Shown here: piece after piece, positions 10,983 through 21,801 of the stretch
How the letters are laid out: each line of letters starts with the position of its first letter
Position numbering within the stretch: the first letter of the stretch is position 1
Notes under the pieces: generated by a model
The model's database searches: none
What the model was told of the DNA's origin: nothing
What the model saw: the letters and a program-made list of their open reading frames with translations, nothing else
DNA from: Bacilli bacterium
GTDB lineage: Bacteria > Bacillota_I > Bacilli_A > RFN20 > CAG-826
DNA: 64,000 bases
NCBI GenBank assembly: GCA_050952805.1
Contig: JBMNLM010000001.1
Coordinates: 285,741-349,740 of the forward strand
Direction: 5' to 3'
Translations under genes and position numbers: made by a program

Positions 10983-11831
10983 ATGAGTAAAGACAGTAAA
11001 TATTTAGTTTTTAATCGCACCGTCTTACAAGTCGCTGCGCTAGTTACGATGCTAATTGACCATATCGGCGTCATGTTTGTTGCTGATCCTGGGCTTTATG
11101 AAGTCTTTCGGATCATTGGTCGAATTGCTTTTGTAATCTTTGCTTTTATTATTTGTGAGGGCGTATTTTACACAAAAAGACCTCTAAAATACGCACTTAG
11201 GCTCTTTATACTCTACTTTGTAACACAAATTGTTATTGTCATTAATTTCTATATTGATGGTGGGCCTTTCTTTTATAGCAATATCTTTTTAACGCTCCTT
11301 AGCTCAGCGGCCCTACTAATTTATTTTCATCATAAATTATATAAGCATGTATACTTACTCATACCCTTTTTAGCGCACGCGACGCTTACTACACTTGCGC
11401 TTATTTATCCAAATAACAACAACATCTTAATGTTTACTGGTGACTATATGATTTATGGGACACTTCTTATTGTTGGCTTCTATTTAAGTTCGCTTGTTGC
11501 AAAGCAAATGACAATATATCAAGCACGAAAATATCAAATTCCTGAGGATATGTATTTAGATAGTATTGTCCTCCAATTTAATAAAAATATTGCTTGGTGC
11601 ATATTCCTTTTATTGTTATCGGTTATTTGGTATGTTTTAGGTAGGTGGACAGCATATACTGGCGTAGATCCAATTACGCAGACATATGCGCTACTTGCTC
11701 TACCGTTTCTCTTCTTATATAACGGTAAGAAAGGCTACGACGCAAAGTGGTGGCGAATAACGTATTACTTATTTTATCCCGTTCACCTCATCGTCTTAGC
11801 GGTAATTTATATACTAATATACTTAATTTAG
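10983..11831 (+). CDS. TraX-family membrane protein
   Basis: 'LQVAALVTMLIDHIG...IGRIAF.IFAF...EG...T' and C-terminal 'LYNGKKG...YYLFYPVHL'. Confidence 0.85.
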   Translation: MSKDSKYLVFNRTVLQVAALVTMLIDHIGVMFVADPGLYEVFRIIGRIAFVIFAFIICEGVFYTKRPLKYALRLFILYFVTQIVIVINFYIDGGPFFYSNIFLTLLSSAALLIYFHHKLYKHVYLLIPFLAHATLTTLALIYPNNNNILMFTGDYMIYGTLLIVGFYLSSLVAKQMTIYQARKYQIPEDMYLDSIVLQFNKNIAWCIFLLLLSVIWYVLGRWTAYTGVDPITQTYALLALPFLFLYNGKKGYDAKWWRITYYLFYPVHLIVLAVIYILIYLI

Positions 11832-11843
11832 GAGGAAAAAATT

Positions 11844-12149
11844 ATGTTAATCCAATTAGAAAATGTAAAACAATTTGATGAAGAAATTAAAGAAGGTGTC
11901 GTTTTAGTAGACTTTTTTGCATCTTGGTGCGGTCCTTGTAAAATGCTTGGCCCAGTTTTAGAAGCTGTCGCTAATGAAGTACCAGAAGCAAAAATTGTTA
12001 AGGTTAATGTTGATGAGTTTCCACAACTTGCAAGCAAGTTTTCGGTATACTCAATTCCAACTTTAGTACTCTTTAAAAACGGAAAAGCCGTTGCAACACA
12101 CGTTGGCTTTATTAATAAAGAACCATTAAAGAAATTTATTGCTCAATAA
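11844..12149 (+). CDS. trxA: Thioredoxin
   Basis: WCGPC active site; SIPTL. Confidence 0.97.
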   Translation: MLIQLENVKQFDEEIKEGVVLVDFFASWCGPCKMLGPVLEAVANEVPEAKIVKVNVDEFPQLASKFSVYSIPTLVLFKNGKAVATHVGFINKEPLKKFIAQ

Positions 12150-12204
12150 ATCTCTTAATTCCCTCTTGATAAGTAAAGTAATTACTGATATATTTAACAA
12201 GCAG

Positions 12205-12280
12205 GGACCAGTAGTGTAGTGGTTAACATGTCTCCCTGTCACGGAGAAGATCGCCGGTTCGACCCCGGTCTGGTCCGCCA
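12205..12280 (+). tRNA. tRNA-Asp(GTC)
   Basis: Acceptor GGACCAG/CTGGTCC, anticodon arm TCTCC-CT GTC AC-GGAGA, encoded CCA. Confidence 0.97.
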
Positions 12281-12284
12281 CTAC

Positions 12285-12358
12285 GCAAGTGTAGTTCAAT
12301 GGTAGAACATTAGCCTTCCAAGCTAATTACGCGGGTTCGATTCCCGTCACTTGCTCCA
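12285..12358 (+). tRNA. tRNA-Gly(TCC)
   Basis: Acceptor GCAAGTG/CACTTGC, anticodon arm TTAGC-CT TCC AA-GCTAA, CCA. Confidence 0.97.
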
Positions 12359-12365
12359 AAGAGTT

Positions 12366-12392
12366 AAAAAAGCCCATAAGATGGGCTTTTTT
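12366..12392 (+). terminator. Terminator after tRNA-Asp/Gly
   Basis: AAAAAAGCCCAT-AAG-ATGGGCTTTTTT. Confidence 0.85.
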
Positions 12393-12459
12393 CTTTAAAA
12401 TTTTTGTTTGTTAATCAGCCTTTAAAATACTTACTCTATTTGTTAAACTATAATTAGAA

Positions 12460-12540
12460 GTTATATCGAGTTGTCATTTGATAAAAAACTTCCTTTCTAC
12501 CCCCAGTGATTACCACTTTGTATCATTGGGGTCTTTTTTA
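12460..12540 (+). ncRNA. Candidate small RNA (unassigned)
   Basis: TATAAT at 12449-12454, CU-rich anti-SD-like tract, GC hairpin CCCCA...TGGGG followed by a T-run; no + strand ORF. Confidence 0.35.
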
Positions 12541-12751
12541 TTCTTTAAATAAAAAGGAAGTTTTTCATAAAGGCATAAGAATCAAAAATAGTGCGTTTTT
12601 GCAGAAAATAACTCGTTTTTGCAGGGTTAAGGAAGCAAATTAATCAATATTTTTGTATTTTTATGATTTTATTTTTTAAAAATAAGACGAGAAAATTCGC
12701 AAAATCATAAATTGAAAAGTTAAAGTAATTAGGGTAGAATTATTTTATAAA

Positions 12752-13525
12752 ATGGAAACGAAAAAAATAAAACTTAGAAAAACTATTAACCTCGTTCTCT
12801 CGATTATATCGCTATGTTGCATAGCGTTTATTTTAGTTATTAATACGTATCGTGCTTTTAATCCTGATTTTTGGGATTTTATGCTTAGAGTCCCTGATAC
12901 TTATGTAACGTGTATCGCAGGAATTCTAGTTGTTTTTGCTAAACCTCTCTTAAAGAGATTTAACATCGAAATGAGTTATAACTTATCTAGTATTCTTATC
13001 TTCACAAATATTCTTGCGTCATTCGGGGGAAATATTTTCCATTTATATAAATGGACAACGTGGTACGACACTTTCATTCATCTTCTAACTGGCGTTGTTT
13101 ATTGCTTTTTAGGTGTTGGGTTCTATTACCTACTTAACGGGAAACGTGATGTAAATAGAGTTGTTATTCTTCTTTTTGCTGTCTTTTTCTCAATTACAGG
13201 CGAAGTAATTTGGGAAATTATTGAATATATCATGGACGGGATGTCTGATATTTCGAATATGCAACGCTTTTCTGATCCTGTTACAAGAGAACCATATATT
13301 GGAAGAGAAGCTCTTCAAGATACAATGAAAGACATAATTTTGGCTTTTATCGGTAGTGCTATCTTCTTTGTTGGCGGAATAATTGAATTCTCGTTTAGAA
13401 AAGAAGGCACATTAATTGAAAGCTTCTATATGATGAATACTTCTCCTAGTGGACTTGTAAGTGATGAAGAAGATGATATTAACGAAGAAGAATTACAAGA
13501 CCACAGTAACTATCACATTACATAA
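12752..13525 (+). CDS. Multi-pass membrane protein (DUF2238-like)
   Basis: 'WYDTFIH', 'WEIIEY', 'DTMKDII' motifs; hydrophobic helices. Confidence 0.6.
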   Translation: METKKIKLRKTINLVLSIISLCCIAFILVINTYRAFNPDFWDFMLRVPDTYVTCIAGILVVFAKPLLKRFNIEMSYNLSSILIFTNILASFGGNIFHLYKWTTWYDTFIHLLTGVVYCFLGVGFYYLLNGKRDVNRVVILLFAVFFSITGEVIWEIIEYIMDGMSDISNMQRFSDPVTREPYIGREALQDTMKDIILAFIGSAIFFVGGIIEFSFRKEGTLIESFYMMNTSPSGLVSDEEDDINEEELQDHSNYHIT

Positions 13526-13536
13526 AGAAATTACAT

Positions 13537-14127
13537 ATGAAAAAGAAAATTGTTTTAGCAACAAATAACATTAATAAAGTTAAAGAATTTAAAAGTGCCT
13601 TTGCGCATACAAATTATGAAATTGTAAGTTTGGATGAATTAAATTTAGTCCTTGATGTTGAAGAAACGGGAACAACTTTTGAAGAAAACGCAATTATTAA
13701 GGCTACTTATATTCATAATCTTACTAATTTACCTGTAATTGCTGATGATTCAGGGCTAGAAATAAGAGCACTTGATGGTTTTCCTGGTGTTAATTCTCAT
13801 CGCTTCATGGAAAATTCACCATACACGGAAAAGTGTAAGGCGCTTAGCGAAAAACTTGAACCGTATTCTGATAAAGGCGCACGATTTGTTTGCTCAATTG
13901 CTTTAGTCGGCTTTTCTAATTTTCCTGATGTCTTTAACGGCGAAGTCAAAGGACGCTTTTCAAAAGAATTAAGAGGCGAACAAAGGTTTGGCTATGATCC
14001 TGCTTTTTATATCCCGCAACTTGATAAAACGATGGCAGAACTTAAACAAGAAGAAAAAAACGCGATTTCACATCGCGGTAAAGCTATAGAAAAACTCGTT
14101 ACTTTTTTAGAAAATCACGATTTTTAA
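13537..14127 (+). CDS. rdgB: Non-canonical purine NTP pyrophosphatase (Ham1/RdgB)
   Basis: LATNN..K..E, ADDSGL, FGYDP, ISHRGKA. Confidence 0.95.
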   Translation: MKKKIVLATNNINKVKEFKSAFAHTNYEIVSLDELNLVLDVEETGTTFEENAIIKATYIHNLTNLPVIADDSGLEIRALDGFPGVNSHRFMENSPYTEKCKALSEKLEPYSDKGARFVCSIALVGFSNFPDVFNGEVKGRFSKELRGEQRFGYDPAFYIPQLDKTMAELKQEEKNAISHRGKAIEKLVTFLENHDF

Positions 14128-14543
14128 ATATCTTTAAATAAATTTTCGTCAGCGACGATTTTTTTAATTAATCCTGCATCAGCAGGTAGAAACGGCATTT
14201 CATTTAATGCCTTTTTTGTATAAAATCCCCCGTTTTTGTGGACTTGTAGCGAAATATCTTCACTTACTAGACGACACTTATAAACATTCATATCTAAGAT
14301 GAAAGGCTCATATTCATAGTAGACGCGGTCGTAATAAGCAAGCGGCCCAACTTCAACATTAAGTTCTTCTCTAAGTTCTCTTCTAAGTGCTTCTTCATCA
14401 GTTTCGCCCGCTTCTATTTTTCCCCCAGGAAATTCATATTTTCCTTTGCGAATATCGTTTTCGCTTCGCATTGCAGCAAAAATTTTATCTTCAAAAAGAA
14501 TTATTGCCGCGACAACTTTTTTTGTAATTTTTTCTTTTTGCAT
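14124..14543 (-). CDS. NUDIX hydrolase, MutT-like
   Basis: Nudix box 'EFPGGKIEAGETDEEALRRELREEL'. Confidence 0.9.
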   Translation of the reverse strand: MQKEKITKKVVAAIILFEDKIFAAMRSENDIRKGKYEFPGGKIEAGETDEEALRRELREELNVEVGPLAYYDRVYYEYEPFILDMNVYKCRLVSEDISLQVHKNGGFYTKKALNEMPFLPADAGLIKKIVADENLFKDI

Positions 14544-14698
14544 TATTTTAAATTCCTAAGATAATTTAAAACATTGATAGTTTCACTGGTTTTAATGTTT
14601 TTATTATTACCAACAAAAATCATAACAATATAAAAAACAATAATTAAGAAAAATAGCAGGGCGATATAAAAGCGAATATCTTTAAATATTTTTTTCAT
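14543..14698 (-). CDS. Small membrane protein, 51 aa (not in ORF track)
   Basis: MKKYLKIFAFISPCYFFLIIVFYIVMIFVGNNK...; stop overlaps the NUDIX start as TAATG; TGnTATAAT lies 7 nt before the ATG. Confidence 0.6.
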   Translation of the reverse strand: MKKIFKDIRFYIALLFFLIIVFYIVMIFVGNNKNIKTSETINVLNYLRNLK

Positions 14699-15058
14699 CA
14701 GTTTTATTATAACAACAATTTAGTATTGATTAAAAAAGTTTTTTTAGCAGCTCAACGAACAAATTTTACCTTTACTTTTAGGAATGTGTTCATAATTTTA
14801 AACAACTGATTTTTTTAAAATTCACTACTAGATTCTTGTTATTTTACAAGTTTTTGTTCGAGTGTACACAAAGCGCATTGTAACTATTAATTATTATTCG
14901 TGAAATTTAAGTTTCTTAAATAATATTTAAAAGAAAGCTCTATGCAACCTTATGAAGCAAATTTAAGGCTTGATTTATAAGAAAATTCAATATTATAATA
15001 AAAGTGTGTTTATTATAAACATACCTATAATAATTACTTAACAAAGAAAGGAGTTTTT

Positions 15059-16705
15059 ATGAGTAAAATTATCAAGAGACTTTTTACACCATTTGTGGCT
15101 TTTGCGCTATCAATTGGTGTGAGCGCCTCGTTATCAGGGACTAAAGGGCAAATCCCAGTAGATGTCAAAGCTGCTACGCATAGTGTTACTATCACAAGGG
15201 AAAATTTCCCAGCCGGTTCATTAGCGTACGGAACAAATGATCCTTGGACTGCAACTGGTACTGACGGAACTGTGTTAAATGGTGAATTTGATTTATATTC
15301 ACAGACTAATCAAACTAATATGCAGTCAAGAACAAAAACGCCAATTGGTGATTATTTCCATAATATTTCACCATTCCCTGGCGCAATAACAGAAATCGAG
15401 ATGGTTAAAACCTCTGACACAGGATCAATTCGAAAATGGACACCATACCTAAGTACTTCAACGGTTTTAAAAGCGAGTAACGCAACTACCGCAGGTACGC
15501 CGTTAACAGCACAAGATGTAGCTACTACTACGACATGGCCTGTTTCGGCTTCAGAGAATTATCGATTTGTTTACTTGCAATTGAGTGGCGGTGCTACCAA
15601 CATTGATTCTATTAAGATTACATACGAAGTTTCCGATGAAGAATTTGGGAATTTAGTTGGAATTAATGTTTCAGCCGACAACGCGAAAACATCATTTTTA
15701 ACTGGTGAAACTTTTACTTCAGCTGGTCTAGTTGTTGAAGCTTATGATGATTCAACGCCTGCTTTGACAAAATTTGTATCTGATTACACTACTAACTTTG
15801 ACGGAGTAACTTTTGAATCTTCGCATGTTGGTACAAAGGTAGTAACGGTTACATACCAAGAAAAAACAGCAACTTATACTATTGAAATTGCTGAACCTGT
15901 ATTACTAAACAAAGTTACGACTGAAACGCAATTACAATTCGGAGCAACATATGCAATTGGTGCTGCTGCTAATGAGGTTGCAATGAAAACTGAGGTATCA
16001 AATTTCTTTTCTAAATACGATGCTACTTTTGTTAGCGGATCATTGGTTGAAAGTACCGAAACACAACTCTTTACCTTAGAGATTGGTGCTGTCGCTAACT
16101 CATTTGCGTTTAAATTAATAAACGGACCTAAGGTTAATGAATACATAAATGCACCATTGGCAAGCAGTAATTACATGAATACTACCGCAGAACTTAATGC
16201 CAATTCTTCTTGGACAATTACTTTTAACGGTAGCACAATGAGAGTAACAAATGTGGCCTTAAGTGACAGATATATTCAATATAATTCTGATTCACCACGC
16301 TTTTCCACATATAAAAACCCACAAAAAGAAATTGAATTTTACTTTAAGGCAGAAACAATTTCTGATGAAGTTGCCGTAAGACGTTTAGTCGATGAAATTA
16401 ACACAGGTAGAGGTAATGCTGCCGCTGGTAGTTGTGCTACCTATTTAGCAGTATTTGAAGGTGCATACAATCAATTAACGACTGCTGGTAAGCAATTATT
16501 TGACACCTCAACTGATGCAGACTTTGTAGCGGCACGTGAAAGAATGGCTTATCTACAAGCATGGGTTGCTGCTCATCCAGAAGCTCAAGGTCTTAATTTA
16601 GTGTTAACACAAAACAGCATCACTGTAACAGTCGCAATCGGTGTTGTAGTTGGGTTGACTTTAATACTTGGCTACTACCTTTACAAACGCAAAAAAAGAG
16701 CGTAA
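15059..16705 (+). CDS. Secreted/surface protein with bacterial Ig-like domain and C-terminal TM anchor
   Basis: Signal peptide; 'GINVSADNAKTSFLTGETFTSAGLVVEA' Ig-like repeat; C-terminal TM followed by RKKRA. Confidence 0.7.
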   Translation: MSKIIKRLFTPFVAFALSIGVSASLSGTKGQIPVDVKAATHSVTITRENFPAGSLAYGTNDPWTATGTDGTVLNGEFDLYSQTNQTNMQSRTKTPIGDYFHNISPFPGAITEIEMVKTSDTGSIRKWTPYLSTSTVLKASNATTAGTPLTAQDVATTTTWPVSASENYRFVYLQLSGGATNIDSIKITYEVSDEEFGNLVGINVSADNAKTSFLTGETFTSAGLVVEAYDDSTPALTKFVSDYTTNFDGVTFESSHVGTKVVTVTYQEKTATYTIEIAEPVLLNKVTTETQLQFGATYAIGAAANEVAMKTEVSNFFSKYDATFVSGSLVESTETQLFTLEIGAVANSFAFKLINGPKVNEYINAPLASSNYMNTTAELNANSSWTITFNGSTMRVTNVALSDRYIQYNSDSPRFSTYKNPQKEIEFYFKAETISDEVAVRRLVDEINTGRGNAAAGSCATYLAVFEGAYNQLTTAGKQLFDTSTDADFVAARERMAYLQAWVAAHPEAQGLNLVLTQNSITVTVAIGVVVGLTLILGYYLYKRKKRA

Positions 16706-16726
16706 TAACTACTAAATAGTTAATTA

Positions 16727-16757
16727 GGTTGTGGACATTTGTTCACAACCTTTTTTT
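16727..16757 (+). terminator. Intrinsic terminator
   Basis: GGTTGTGGAC...GTTCACAACC followed by a T-run. Confidence 0.8.
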
Positions 16758-16871
16758 CTCATTATTTGTATTGATATTAATTTTTTTTGTAATTATCGGT
16801 AAAATTATCACAAATTTTATGCTTATATTATTTTATATAAAATAAGCATAGTAAAAGTTGTATAATATTAA

Positions 16872-18197
<1,326 letters not shown>

Positions 18198-18237
18198 GCA
18201 AAATCTAGAAATACGCTGCAAAATAGGCTTTAATTTT

Positions 18238-18270
18238 AAAAAGTGGTCAATTCTTAGTTGACCACTTTTT
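18238..18270. terminator. Bidirectional terminator
   Basis: AAAAAGTGGTCAA...TTGACCACTTTTT. Confidence 0.8.
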
Positions 18271-18277
18271 TATATTT

Positions 18278-18715
18278 TTAGAATAATTTAGTTGGCTTAT
18301 TAAGCATTAAGTCTAAGACTCTTTCAAAGTCAGTAGACAAAGGATATTTCTTGTAATCACTATAGTGAATAAAAAAGACAGGACCTTCTTCGCTACTTTT
18401 TAGTTCACCTTCATAAGTATTCGTACGATATAAAAGTGCAATTTCGCACGTCTTTTTCTTTTCATTTATCCAAACGATTTCATCTACATATTCAACGTTA
18501 TCAATTATCAGATTAGTTTCTTCAAAAACTTCCCTTTTAGTAGCCTCAATTAAATCTTCGCCATCATTAATATGGCCGCCAGGAAACGTAAGTCCAGGCC
18601 AATCGCTTTTAATTCGCTCTTCGACAAGAATTTCCCCGTTTTCTTTATAAATCATACACATGTTTGTGTATATTTTCTTATAATCGCTGTATTTATCTTC
18701 TTTTTTCATAAACAT
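18278..18715 (-). CDS. NUDIX hydrolase
   Basis: 'TFPGGHINDGEDLIEATKREVFEET' and 'SSEEG' motif of the MutX/YtkD-like group. Confidence 0.85.
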   Translation of the reverse strand: MFMKKEDKYSDYKKIYTNMCMIYKENGEILVEERIKSDWPGLTFPGGHINDGEDLIEATKREVFEETNLIIDNVEYVDEIVWINEKKKTCEIALLYRTNTYEGELKSSEEGPVFFIHYSDYKKYPLSTDFERVLDLMLNKPTKLF

Positions 18716-18779
18716 AGTCTAGCACATAGCAAATTAATTTATACTCGTTTTTTTACTCTGTATATATTAATATAAACGT

Positions 18780-19517
18780 ATGCCAAAAAATCTAACAGAA
18801 ATATATATCCTTGCGGGTTCTGCTATTTTTTGTATTGTTTTAAGCATTATTCTTCATTTTGCTTTAATAAATAAAAGCAAAAAAGTTAGAGAAATTCCTT
18901 TACTTATTATTACAATACTTTTAGTTACTTCGGAAATTATAAAGCAAGTTTTAGATATTATTAGAGGCTATGACCCCTTTTCAGTACCACTTCATTTTTG
19001 TTCGCTTTTTATTTATTTATTTCCACTAGCTTATTTTACAAAAGGCAAAGCAAAGGATATTTTTCAGTCTTTAGCATCAATCTTTTCCTTTTTTGTAGGA
19101 ACAATACTTGTTATATTTCCGCCATTAATTGTTAATCATTCAGCATCAAATATATTTTACGACTATTGGACGTTCCATCGCGTGTTCTTCCACTATCTTG
19201 TCCTATTGTATGGTCTACTTTCTCTTACATTAGATATATATGTTCCTTCTAAAAAAGATGATTATTCAAATGTTCTTCTCGCGGTCACAATTTATTGGGC
19301 AATTGCAATCCCAATGGCGTACTTAACAAACATTAATTTTAATAATGTTTTAAAAAGTGGTTTCCCACCACTTGAAAGATGGCATCAAGAAGTTGGTGAT
19401 ACGAGTTATCTAGCATTTATTATTGTTGGATTTAACGCTCTGCTTCTTGTTTTTACTAAAATTTATCACGATGTTTATAAAAAAATTCATAAACCGGAAA
19501 CCGCGCAAATAGCATAA
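18780..19517 (+). CDS. YwaF/TMEM164-like integral membrane protein
   Basis: 'PLHFCS', 'FFHY', 'N.NFNN' motifs; multiple TM helices. Confidence 0.7.
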   Translation: MPKNLTEIYILAGSAIFCIVLSIILHFALINKSKKVREIPLLIITILLVTSEIIKQVLDIIRGYDPFSVPLHFCSLFIYLFPLAYFTKGKAKDIFQSLASIFSFFVGTILVIFPPLIVNHSASNIFYDYWTFHRVFFHYLVLLYGLLSLTLDIYVPSKKDDYSNVLLAVTIYWAIAIPMAYLTNINFNNVLKSGFPPLERWHQEVGDTSYLAFIIVGFNALLLVFTKIYHDVYKKIHKPETAQIA

Positions 19518-19599
19518 AATAGCGTGATTTTGCATTGTTTTAGAGAAAATTGCAAGGTTATGATAAATAAAAAAAAACAACCGCGTTGTCTTTTTTTAG

Positions 19600-19675
19600 T
19601 GGTGGCCCAGACCGGACTTGAACCGGTGACGCACGGATTTTCAGTCCGACGCTCTACCTGCTGAGCTACCGGGCC
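19600..19675 (-). tRNA. tRNA-Phe(GAA)
   Basis: Reverse complement GGCCCGG...TCGGA-CT GAA AA-TCCGT...CTGGGCC ACCA. Confidence 0.97.
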
Positions 19676-19680
19676 AACGA

Positions 19681-19756
19681 TGGCGGACCAGACCGGGGTC
19701 GAACCGGCGATCTTCTCCGTGACAGGGAGACATGTTAACCACTACACTACTGGTCC
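19681..19756 (-). tRNA. tRNA-Asp(GTC), identical to 12205-12280
   Basis: Exact reverse complement of the + strand copy by direct comparison. Confidence 0.97.
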
Positions 19757-19952
19757 TATGCCTAGATATTATTACAAGTTATAAGCGAAAATGCAAGGAG
19801 TTTTTTTGAGATTAATTAGTCGTAATTAGAAAATGATTATTCACTCAAATGTTTTTATAACATTTTTATTTAAAATGTATTTATTTAATAGTAATTGCTA
19901 TAAAAAAACGATTGTTTATTACAATCGTTTTTCTATTTTTAAGATGTAATTC

Positions 19953-20510
19953 TTAGTAGTTTGTTGCTCTTAGTTCAAAGTAAGATTGTTCGTGGGAGCA
20001 AACTGGGCAAATTTTTGGCGCTTCTTTGCTAACTTCAATATTGCCACAAACTCGACACTTCCAAACGACAACATCGTCTTTTTTAAAGACAACACCGTTT
20101 TTGTAGTTTTCTGCGAGTTTTAAATAGCGTTCTTCGTGATGCTTTTCAATTTCGGCAACACGGCGGAATTTATTAGCAATTTCAACGAATCCTTCTTCTT
20201 CAGCTTCTTTTGCCATACGTTGGTACATATCTGTCCATTCGTAGTTTTCTCCAGCGGCAGCGTCTAATAAAACATCAGGCATTGTTCCCTTTGATCCGCC
20301 ATTTAAGTACTTAAACCAAAGTTCAGCGTGTTCCTTTTCGTTTTCGGCTGTTTCAATAAAGAGAGCAGCAATTTGTTCAAAGCCAGCTTTTCTTGCAACA
20401 CTTGCGTAATATGTGTATTTATTACGGGCCATGCTTTCGCCTGCAAAAGCTTCCTGAAGGTTCTTTTCAGTCTTTGTGCCTTTTAGGCGTTTATATTCTT
20501 GTTCGTGCAT
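19953..20510 (-). CDS. rbr: Rubrerythrin
   Basis: AFAGES.A...Y, E..H motifs, C-terminal CRVCG...CPVC; start MHEQ behind AAGGAG. Confidence 0.95.
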   Translation of the reverse strand: MHEQEYKRLKGTKTEKNLQEAFAGESMARNKYTYYASVARKAGFEQIAALFIETAENEKEHAELWFKYLNGGSKGTMPDVLLDAAAGENYEWTDMYQRMAKEAEEEGFVEIANKFRRVAEIEKHHEERYLKLAENYKNGVVFKKDDVVVWKCRVCGNIEVSKEAPKICPVCSHEQSYFELRATNY

Positions 20511-20662
20511 AATTTCTCCTTTCGTATACACTTATATTTCCTTTATTAATATAGCACATTTACATGTAAACTGATTAATTTTCTTATAGAAAATTTAGCA
20601 AAAGCGCGGTTAAGATTTTATCTTTAACCGCGCATTTTCGCTATTAAGTTTGCAAAATAGGC

Positions 20663-21778
20663 TTATTCTACGCCTTCTTTAATCTCAATCCCCGCTGATA
20701 ATTCTTTTTGTTCTTGTGAGAATTCTTCAGCTTTCCGTTCTTCTTTTTTACTAACGGTTGAAAAGTCTTCATTATCTTCAGGATAGTTAATTGTAATTTG
20801 TGGGAATGGAATCGAAATATTATTATCATCCGCCATAATTTTAAGTTGACGGTTAAGGTCGCGTCTTACCTGATAGACATCGCCTTCATAACACTTAGCA
20901 ACAAAGAGTAAATCAACAGAACTATCGCTCATATCCGTAACACCTTTATAGAAGGGTCCTTCGACAATTGCTGGGATATTTTCCTTAATTTTTGGAAGAT
21001 TATCAGCGATGATTGTTTCAACCTTTTCAATCCTTGCACCGTATTGAATGCTTAATACAGCTTTAGCAATTGAAAGTTCTTTTGTTTGGTTAATAATTGA
21101 TTTAATTTCTGAGTTATTAATAATTTTAACGTTTCCACCAGCATCAACGAGTTTTGTCGTTCTTATACCAATTTCAACGACCGTTCCGCGCCACCCATCA
21201 ATAATAACAATATCATCGACTTGGAAGTCACTTTCAAAAACGATAAAAACACCGGCTAGAATGTCAGCGACGAGTGTTTGTGAACCTAGCCCAATAATTA
21301 GTGTTAGAACGCCAGCACTTGCAATTATCGTTGTTGTATTTGCACCCCAGGCATCAAGAAAGAAGAAAAACGCTGCAAGACCAATAATCCACTTAACAAA
21401 GTTTAGTGTGAGTTTTGCAATCGTTTGCCGTCTTTTTTGCTTAATCGTAATTTTTGTAAATAACTTTAAGATTAAAAATAACGTAACCGAAATAATAATA
21501 ATTTGGACAGTATTAATTATTCCTTTTAAGCCTTGGCTATAAAGCCATTGGACGACAACGTTATTACTTACTTGCTTATCAAAGACACTTTCTACTGGGG
21601 GAACGCTATATATAGGATCTCCTAGCGCATCAGTACCACTAATTACGCCTTTATAACCATAAATATTTTTATGGAAGACAAAGGCAACGATTGTAGCCGC
21701 GGCTAGTACTCCATAAACTACCCACCAAATTATTTTTGAGGTTCTCTCCTTTTGAGCATCTGTTTTCTTTTCTTTCAT
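20663..21778 (-). CDS. MscS-family mechanosensitive channel
   Basis: 'GLGSQTLVADILAG..FQVDDIV...G.V.EIG.RTTKL...N' signature. Confidence 0.9.
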   Translation of the reverse strand: MKEKKTDAQKERTSKIIWWVVYGVLAAATIVAFVFHKNIYGYKGVISGTDALGDPIYSVPPVESVFDKQVSNNVVVQWLYSQGLKGIINTVQIIIISVTLFLILKLFTKITIKQKRRQTIAKLTLNFVKWIIGLAAFFFFLDAWGANTTTIIASAGVLTLIIGLGSQTLVADILAGVFIVFESDFQVDDIVIIDGWRGTVVEIGIRTTKLVDAGGNVKIINNSEIKSIINQTKELSIAKAVLSIQYGARIEKVETIIADNLPKIKENIPAIVEGPFYKGVTDMSDSSVDLLFVAKCYEGDVYQVRRDLNRQLKIMADDNNISIPFPQITINYPEDNEDFSTVSKKEERKAEEFSQEQKELSAGIEIKEGVE

Positions 21779-21801
21779 CGTTTTTTCCTCCTTAATATGC
21801 T

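Noticed and set aside
10983-11831. TraX as evidence of a conjugative element
   Set aside because: Solo TraX-family membrane proteins are common chromosomally; no relaxase, T4SS or integrase is nearby.
12594-12624. Direct repeat CGTTTTTGCAG x2
   Set aside because: Only two 11-bp copies with a non-uniform context; not a CRISPR or iteron array, and no cas or rep genes.
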